From: Halorutilales archaeon Cl-col2-1
GTDB taxonomy: Archaea > Halobacteriota > Halobacteria > Halobacteriales > Afararchaeaceae
NCBI GenBank assembly: GCA_041891055.1
Contig: CP169074.1
Coordinates: 1,600,001 to 1,664,000, forward strand
DNA: 64,000 nucleotides
Direction: 5' to 3'
The notes under the pieces were generated by a model. That model was given only the letters and a program-made list of their open reading frames with translations, searched no databases and was not told the origin of the DNA. The position numbers and the translations under genes are program-made. Positions 57,805 through 64,000 of this stretch are shown piece by piece (the first letter of the stretch is position 1; each line of letters starts with the position of its first letter).

Positions 57805-59718
57805 ATGAACACCCAAGACGAGCTCGAAGATATCAAGAGACAGATCGAGACAGAGTTACCAGCAGGCGTCGGTGTAAGCAACGTCGAGTACGAGGGTCCA
57901 GAGCTCGTGATCTACACGAGCGACCCGAAGAAGTTCGCACACGACGGCGACCTAGTCCGCCAGTTGGCTAGGAAGCTCAGGAAACGCATTACTGTACGTC
58001 CCGACCCCAGCGTCCTCATGGAGCCCGAGACGACACGTGACGAGATAGAGGAGGTAGTCCCCGACGAGGCGGGCATCACTGACTACGAGTTCAACCCCGA
58101 CCTCGGAGAGATCACTATAAAGGCGAAGAAGCCGGGTCTCGTGATAGGAAAGAACGGATCGACACTACGTGAGATCACGCGCGCGACGGGATGGACTCCC
58201 GATGTCGTCAGGACGCCTCCGATAGAGTCGAGGACTGTGAGGGACATACGCCGTTACCTCAGACACGAGAGCGACGAGAGGAAGGAGTTCCTGCGCAAGA
58301 CGGGCAAGAGGATACACAGGGACACGACTACCGACGAGGACGAGGAGTGGGTACGTGTCACCTCGCTCGGATGCTGCCGTGAGGTCGGAAGGGCGTCTTT
58401 CATACTCTCGACTCCCGAGACACGTGTTCTCATCGACTGCGGTGATAAGCCAGGTACCGACGAGAGCCCACATCTCGAAGTCCCCGAGGCGAACCCCCTC
58501 AACCAGTTAGACGCGGTAGTTCTGACACACGCACATCTCGACCACTCCGCCCTGATACCCCTCCTCTTCAAGTACGGCTACGACGGTCCCGTCTACATGA
58601 CACCCCCGACGCGTGACCTGATGGGTCTTCTCCAGCAGGACTACCTCGACGTCGCCGCGAAGGAGGGCAGGACGCCGCCCTACACGAGTGAGATGGCTAG
58701 GGAGGCGATAAAACACAGTATCACTCTCGAATACGGTGATGTCACCGACATAGCTCCCGACATCAAGCTCACCTTCCACAACGCGGGACATATACTCGGG
58801 AGCGCTATAGCACATTTCCACATAGGCGACGGACTTTACAACGTCGGCTTCTCGGGCGACATACATTACAAGGACACTCGTCTCTTCAACGGCGCCGTCA
58901 ACGACTTCCCACGCCTCGAAACCCTCTTCCTCGAGTCGACCTACGGAGGCAGGAACGACACACAGCCTTCGAGGGACGAGGCGGAGAGAAAGCTCAAAAA
59001 TGTCATAAAGAGGACAGCCGAGAGAGGAGGAAAGACTCTGATACCCGCGTTCTCGGTCGGAAGGTCACAGGAGCTGATGGTCGTCTTGGAGGAGGCTATG
59101 CGGAACGGAGAGATACCCGAGATGCCCGTCTACCTCGACGGAATGATCTGGGAGGCGACAGCGATACATACCGCACACCCCGAGTACCTCAACGACGATC
59201 TCAGGAACCGTATCTTCCACGAGGACGAGAACCCGTTCCTCGCCGACTACTTCGAGCAGGTCGACGAGGGAACCGAGCAGAGACAGGAGATACGTGACGG
59301 CGGTCCCTCGGTAGTCCTCGCTACGAACGGAATGATGGCGGGTGGTCCCGTGATGGAGCATCTCCAGTTCCTCGCGCCCGACGACGAGAACTCGCTCGTC
59401 TTCGTCGGATACCAGGCTGAGGGTACGACGGGAAGTAGCATACAGTCGGGGCGTAACGAGGTACGTGTCTCGGGAGGCGACGGAAGATCCGAGACGGTCA
59501 AGATAAACTTAGAAGTCACCACAGTAGAGGGATTCTCGGGACACGCCGACAGGGAAGGTCTCGTCAAGTTCGTCGAGACGATGAATCCGCGTCCCGAGAA
59601 GATATTCACCGTCCACGGCGACGAGTCGAACACGAAGGATCTCGCGTCGTCGCTGTATCAGAAGTTCAACATGAGAACCATATCGCCGATGAACCTCGAG
59701 ACCTACAGGTTCATATAG
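57805..59718 (+). CDS. fttA: KH + beta-CASP ribonuclease aCPSF1/FttA
   Basis: [42 protein letters not shown]. Confidence 0.96.
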   Translation: MNTQDELEDIKRQIETELPAGVGVSNVEYEGPELVIYTSDPKKFAHDGDLVRQLARKLRKRITVRPDPSVLMEPETTRDEIEEVVPDEAGITDYEFNPDLGEITIKAKKPGLVIGKNGSTLREITRATGWTPDVVRTPPIESRTVRDIRRYLRHESDERKEFLRKTGKRIHRDTTTDEDEEWVRVTSLGCCREVGRASFILSTPETRVLIDCGDKPGTDESPHLEVPEANPLNQLDAVVLTHAHLDHSALIPLLFKYGYDGPVYMTPPTRDLMGLLQQDYLDVAAKEGRTPPYTSEMAREAIKHSITLEYGDVTDIAPDIKLTFHNAGHILGSAIAHFHIGDGLYNVGFSGDIHYKDTRLFNGAVNDFPRLETLFLESTYGGRNDTQPSRDEAERKLKNVIKRTAERGGKTLIPAFSVGRSQELMVVLEEAMRNGEIPEMPVYLDGMIWEATAIHTAHPEYLNDDLRNRIFHEDENPFLADYFEQVDEGTEQRQEIRDGGPSVVLATNGMMAGGPVMEHLQFLAPDDENSLVFVGYQAEGTTGSSIQSGRNEVRVSGGDGRSETVKINLEVTTVEGFSGHADREGLVKFVETMNPRPEKIFTVHGDESNTKDLASSLYQKFNMRTISPMNLETYRFI

Positions 59719-59722
59719 AAAA

Positions 59723-60199
59723 ATGAAGCTCTCCGAGGACACCGTAGAAGAAGTCAGACGCGAGGTCGTCGACGACGCCGACGAGATAACGCGTCTCATA
59801 AACTTCGCGCGCCGAAAACTCGGCGAGGTCTTCGACCAGGAAGTCAGAGACGTCACCGAGGACGAGGTCATAGACGAGTTCGAGACGGTTCTTGAGGACG
59901 AAGATCTCGCGGTCAACCTCGCCGCACTCGTGAGACTCGGAGAGGGTCTCGAAGTCGAGAACGACTACGACGGCTTCATAGTAGACGAAATTATAGGTAG
60001 AAGAATCGCTTCTATGATAGCGGGCGACGACCCACACAGGACACTCGCCGAGTCGACCTTCCATTACATCGACGTATACACGGCAGAGGTGGTGGACGAG
60101 GACGGAAGATCCGCGGGACACGACGACGTACTCGCGGGGATAGCCGCGGGGATACAGACACGTCTTCCGGGATGGGACTGGGACTCTACTGAGACTTAG
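59723..60199 (+). CDS. Conserved haloarchaeal hypothetical protein
   Basis: Acidic ORF directly after aCPSF1; ESTFHYID, QTRLPGWDW. Confidence 0.75.
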   Translation: MKLSEDTVEEVRREVVDDADEITRLINFARRKLGEVFDQEVRDVTEDEVIDEFETVLEDEDLAVNLAALVRLGEGLEVENDYDGFIVDEIIGRRIASMIAGDDPHRTLAESTFHYIDVYTAEVVDEDGRSAGHDDVLAGIAAGIQTRLPGWDWDSTET

Positions 60200-60884
60200 C
60201 TCCCTCGACGGTCTGTCTCAGAGCCTCGACGCCCTCGTCGTAGACGGCGTCTCCGACTACGACTGTATCAGCGTACTCCGCCATCTCCTCCGCCTTCTCG
60301 TACGAGTCTATTCCTCCGCCGTAGAAGAGCGCGGCGTCTTCGAGAGCCTCCGAGACTTCCTCGACTACGTCAGGATCGCCGTATGTCCCCGAGTACTCGA
60401 CGTATATGATAGGTAGGTTAAACGCCTTCTCGCCGACGACTGCGTAAGAAGCGACGTTGTCGGCATCTATATCGGTGTAGGAGTTGGTTAGCTCAGCCAC
60501 CGCGCTGTCGGGGTTGAGAACGATGTAGCCCTCCATCGCTGTCCGATCCCACCGTATCTCGTCCCTCTGATCCTTAACCCACTCCTTGTGGGCACCCGTG
60601 ACCCAGAGGACATCTCCCGCGTTGAGAACCGTCGGAACGAAGACCCAGTCGACGTCGTGTACCACAGCGGAGGGGTTCGAGGGTTCGAGAGTCAGAGGAA
60701 CTTCCTTCTCCCTCAGAACCTCTGTGAGTGTGTGTATCTTCTCCTCTGTGATTCTCTGTGTACCTCCGACCATTATAGCGTCGGTGCCCGAGTCACAGAC
60801 CTCGACTACGTCTTCCCTGCTGATATCCTTGTCTGGGTCTAGCTTCGTGATGTGATCCCAGTCGTTCCAGTCGCCGAAGTTCAT
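60186..60884 (-). CDS. pcrB: Geranylgeranylglyceryl phosphate synthase (PcrB group)
   Basis: HITKLDPDK, GTDAIMVGG, EGYIVLNPDS, YVEYSG, FYGGGI. Confidence 0.94.
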   Translation of the reverse strand: MNFGDWNDWDHITKLDPDKDISREDVVEVCDSGTDAIMVGGTQRITEEKIHTLTEVLREKEVPLTLEPSNPSAVVHDVDWVFVPTVLNAGDVLWVTGAHKEWVKDQRDEIRWDRTAMEGYIVLNPDSAVAELTNSYTDIDADNVASYAVVGEKAFNLPIIYVEYSGTYGDPDVVEEVSEALEDAALFYGGGIDSYEKAEEMAEYADTVVVGDAVYDEGVEALRQTVEGAKSQ

Positions 60885-60928
60885 GGGTCTGAGTCAGTCT
60901 CCGAGATAAAAAGAGTTGACTATATAAT

Positions 60929-61162
60929 TCACTCGTCGAAGATCTTCCTGTCGACGAACCAGAAGATACACGCTCCTATAAACTGGGTTATAATGAGGTT
61001 GATCTGGACGGGGAGGCTGAGAAGGTCTAACACAGTCATAGGCAGCATCATCACGAGAGTAGAGAGCTGCCACCTGCCGTGGTAGATGAGGTATCTCTTC
61101 TCCTCACCGTCGGCAACTGGCAGGCGGCTCAGCAGCGGAAACGACCTGTCGGAAGTAGACAT
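60929..61162 (-). CDS. Small 2-TM membrane protein
   Basis: RYLIYHGRWQLST...IGACIFWFVDRKIF; fills the gap between tRNA-Thr and pcrB. Confidence 0.7.
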   Translation of the reverse strand: MSTSDRSFPLLSRLPVADGEEKRYLIYHGRWQLSTLVMMLPMTVLDLLSLPVQINLIITQFIGACIFWFVDRKIFDE

Positions 61163-61166
61163 TGAC

Positions 61167-61241
61167 AGCCTCGGGAGGGATTTGAACCCTCGACATAGTC
61201 CTTACAAGGGACTCGCTCTGGCCAGTCTGAGCTACCGAGGC
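61167..61241 (-). tRNA. tRNA-Thr(TGT)
   Basis: Reverse complement GCCTCGGTAGCTCAG...AGTCC-CTTGTAA-GGACT...GGTTCAAATCCCTCCCGAGGCT. Confidence 0.96.
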
Positions 61242-61323
61242 ACTCAGTCCTTCTACTACATTACGAAGTTCGTCCACTACGGCTTTAAGCTTTTTCTTCG
61301 TGTCTCGGTTCGACCCCACTCTA

Positions 61324-62526
61324 TCAGTCCACGAGAGCCTCTACGGCGGGAAGCTTCTCCCCCGACAGGAAAGACGTAGCCGCGCCACCGCCCGACGATA
61401 TGTGGTCGAAGCCCTTGACGTCAAGTGCGTCTATCGCCGCCGAGGTGTCACCGCCCCCCGCGACCGAGAAACCCGCCTCGGAGGCTCCTTCGAGTACCGC
61501 TTTTGTCCCTCTTGAGAACTCCTCCCTCTCGTAGACCCCCGGCGGACCGTTTACGACGACAGTCCCGGCTTCCTGGAGTATCTGGGAGTACTGTGCCATA
61601 GTCTCTACGCCTATGTCGAGAGCCTGTGACTCGACTGGTAGCTCGTCGACCCCGACCTCGACCCTCTCGCCGTCTCTCTCTACTGCGACGTCCCTCGGAA
61701 TCTCTACGCTGTCGCCGAACTCGTCGAGTATCTCCTTCGCGTCGTCGACGAGTTCCCAGTGTCCCTCGTCACGCAGGAACTCCTCTGTCTCGTCTCCGAC
61801 GTCGACGCCCCGAGCGATGAGGAAGATGTTGCCCGCGATACCTGATATAAGAACCCTCTCAGCGCGGTCTTTCGACAGGACGTTGTGCGTGACGTCTACG
61901 GTGTCGACCGGCTTTCCGCCGCCGAGCGCGAAGACTCTCGGCTTCTCCGACTCGGTCACGCCTCCGAGTACACGTAGCTCCTTCTCCATCAGATCTCCGG
62001 CATACGACGCGAGACGACGCGGGAAGCCCACGAGAGAAGGCTGTGACCGGTGTGCGGCTGAGAAAGCGTCGTTGACGTAGGCATCGAAGAGGGGTGCGAG
62101 CCTCTCTACTTCGTGTGTCTTCGCCGCCCTCTCGGGCTCCATCGTCATGTACTCCTCCGAGTAGAAACGCACGTTTTCGAGGAGGAGGATCTCCCCTTCG
62201 TCCACCTCCTTGACGGCTTCACGTGCACCCTCTCCGAATATCCCGTCGACGTATCCCACCTCCCTCTCGCTTGATACGAGTCTTCCGAGCCTCTCGGCGT
62301 GTCTTTCGAGGGTGGTGAAGTCGTCCTTGCCCGGGCGCGACTGGTGGGCTAAGAGGACGAGGGCAGAGTCGGAGAGACGTCTTATGCTGTCGAGATGTCC
62401 GCGGAGCCTCTTGTCGTCGAGTATACGTCCCGTCGCGGGGTCTATCGGCGAGTTGAAGTCGACGCGCATCAGCACGCGTTTCCCCGCGGATTCGAGGTCG
62501 TCGAGAGAGGACGGAGATGTATTCAT
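61324..62526 (-). CDS. pgk: Phosphoglycerate kinase
   Basis: RVDFNSP, AHQSRPG, LLENVRF, NDAFSAAHR, GGGDT, HISSGGGA. Confidence 0.97.
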   Translation of the reverse strand: MNTSPSSLDDLESAGKRVLMRVDFNSPIDPATGRILDDKRLRGHLDSIRRLSDSALVLLAHQSRPGKDDFTTLERHAERLGRLVSSEREVGYVDGIFGEGAREAVKEVDEGEILLLENVRFYSEEYMTMEPERAAKTHEVERLAPLFDAYVNDAFSAAHRSQPSLVGFPRRLASYAGDLMEKELRVLGGVTESEKPRVFALGGGKPVDTVDVTHNVLSKDRAERVLISGIAGNIFLIARGVDVGDETEEFLRDEGHWELVDDAKEILDEFGDSVEIPRDVAVERDGERVEVGVDELPVESQALDIGVETMAQYSQILQEAGTVVVNGPPGVYEREEFSRGTKAVLEGASEAGFSVAGGGDTSAAIDALDVKGFDHISSGGGAATSFLSGEKLPAVEALVD

Positions 62527-62601
62527 TGTCTTATCGTATCTCTTAGTCTGATTATACCTTATGGTAGTTTTTTATCCGTCGCGTCCGTGTCTCGAACCAC
62601 A

Positions 62602-63366
62602 ATGTCGCTGTCGAGAGAGATACGTAACGGCTTCATAGCTGGACTCGCGCTTCTCGCGCCGCTCGCCGTGACCTACTTCGTCCTCAGGTTCATATTTGGG
62701 AAGATCACGGGCTTCATCGAGCCTCTCATAGAGATAATCGGTCTGACTCAGTACACAGCCAACCAGGAGATAGTTGCACAGATAGTCGGTGCTCTCATCG
62801 TCTTCGTCTTCGTGACCCTCGTCGGATCTGTGGCGAAGAAGGGGGTCGGTCAGACAGTCTTCGCCGAGTTCGAACATCTCGTACAGCGTATCCCGGTGGT
62901 CAGTCCGATCTACTCTAGTGTGCGTCAGGTCTCGGACGCCCTCATGGAAAGGGATACGAGGTACGACAGCGTCGTAGTCGTTGAGTGGCCCCGTAAGGGC
63001 GTCTACACGATGGGATTCGTCACCAATGACAGCCCCGAAGAGATTGAGAGGGTGGTCGACATTCGTGAGCGTGAGAGTCCGGAGACGGACGAGTCGGACG
63101 GCGATCGAGACGCGACCGACGAGGACGTCTATAATGTCTTCATACCCATGAGCCCCAACCCCACGGCGGGCTTCCTGTCTATGGTACCCGAGTCACGTCT
63201 CACCGAGGTTGACATATCCGTTGAGAAGGGTCTTAGGATGGTTCTCACGACGGGAATGACTGGCGACGGTGACCACGACCACAACCACCACGACAGCCAG
63301 ACTCAGACTGATGATCTCTCCGACCTCGGCGTTTCGTCCGACGAGACACAGTCCGAAAGGAGTTAA
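62602..63366 (+). CDS. DUF502 membrane protein
   Basis: FIAGL...PLAVT, RIPVVSPIYSS, VEWPRKG, PMSPNPTAG. Confidence 0.9.
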   Translation: MSLSREIRNGFIAGLALLAPLAVTYFVLRFIFGKITGFIEPLIEIIGLTQYTANQEIVAQIVGALIVFVFVTLVGSVAKKGVGQTVFAEFEHLVQRIPVVSPIYSSVRQVSDALMERDTRYDSVVVVEWPRKGVYTMGFVTNDSPEEIERVVDIRERESPETDESDGDRDATDEDVYNVFIPMSPNPTAGFLSMVPESRLTEVDISVEKGLRMVLTTGMTGDGDHDHNHHDSQTQTDDLSDLGVSSDETQSERS

Positions 63367-63397
63367 GTTAAGGAGACTCGGTAACAAGGGTCAGAGT

Positions 63398-63823
63398 ATG
63401 GAAGTCACGGATATCACGCGTAAGATACGGTTCGGACACGTAACTCTGATACTCGGCTTCGTGGGTGCTGCGATCTCTTACTCTCAGACAGCGCCGACAG
63501 AGCTCAACGAGTCGACCGTGAGTCTCTCTGTCTTCGCGTGGACTCTCATAGCGACGTGGGTGAGTGTCGAGTTCTACAAGGGGAAGCTCGTCGAGGAGAA
63601 GGAGGATCTCAAGAGATGGAACGAGGACTGGCGCGCGACCGTGATAGATTACAGGAACGAGAACCAGGAGCTTCAGGCTGAGAACGAGGAGCTACGTGAC
63701 ACTATAAAGGAGATTACGCGAGAGAACCACGAGCTAAAACAGAGGCTTGAGGATCAGGACGCCGTCGGAGCCGACTCCGAAGACGGCACGTCGGAGTCGG
63801 ACGACGCCGAGGCTATCGAATGA
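63398..63823 (+). CDS. Hypothetical 2-TM protein with coiled coil
   Basis: Two hydrophobic segments then ENQELQAENEELR heptads. Confidence 0.65.
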   Translation: MEVTDITRKIRFGHVTLILGFVGAAISYSQTAPTELNESTVSLSVFAWTLIATWVSVEFYKGKLVEEKEDLKRWNEDWRATVIDYRNENQELQAENEELRDTIKEITRENHELKQRLEDQDAVGADSEDGTSESDDAEAIE

Positions 63824-63880
63824 GAATAATCTGATAAAGGAACAGACATCGGAACTCGAACTCGAAAATTTAGTCTTATT

Positions 63881-64000
63881 CTAAGAGACGTTGAAGCCTT
63901 CTTCCTTGAGAAGATCCTCGACCCTTCCCTCGTGGTTGCCCTGAAGCTCTATCGAGCCGTCCTCGACAGTACCGCCGCACGCTAACTGCTTCTTGAGCTT
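63881..64000 (-). CDS. sui1: Translation initiation factor aIF1/SUI1 (3' part only)
   Basis: Manual translation [39 protein letters not shown]. Confidence 0.92.
   Translation of the reverse strand, partial: KLKKQLACGGTVEDGSIELQGNHEGRVEDLLKEEGFNVS

Noticed and set aside
1-64000. Many Ser/Thr- or Arg-rich antisense ORFs and frequent GTCGAC/TCGA words
   Set aside because: By-products of GAC/GAG/GTC/CTC codon bias in a GC-rich acidic proteome.

Overview
Gene-dense, GC-rich chromosomal segment of an extremely halophilic archaeon (acidic proteins, archaeal RNAP/proteasome/RNase P genes, volactin; compact overlapping layout, possibly a deep-branching Halobacteria lineage, which is inference). It is mostly core genome: the S13-S4-S11-rpoD / L18e-L13-S9-rpoN-rpoK-eno-S2-mvk cluster, rnp3-rnp2-psmA-SBDS, thrS, serS, hemB, split MetE, bluB, psmB-aCPSF1, GGGP synthase, pgk and four tRNAs (Leu-CAG, Ser-GCT, Ile-GAT, Thr-TGT). 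Accessory parts are a tnpB-only IS1341-type element (13826-15445) whose empty site can be reconstructed, an ORF-less IS200/IS605 derivative that keeps an omega-RNA-like region next to tRNA-Ile, and a six-gene pilin-like operon with AT-rich modules. The most striking signal is a dispersed family of about 11 double-hairpin units of 44-54 bp, conserved in structure rather than sequence. They are mostly flanked by CG and are inserted in frame in two proteins, in tandem in an intergenic region, inside IS end hairpins and at a tRNA 3' end. No CRISPR array or rRNA was seen.
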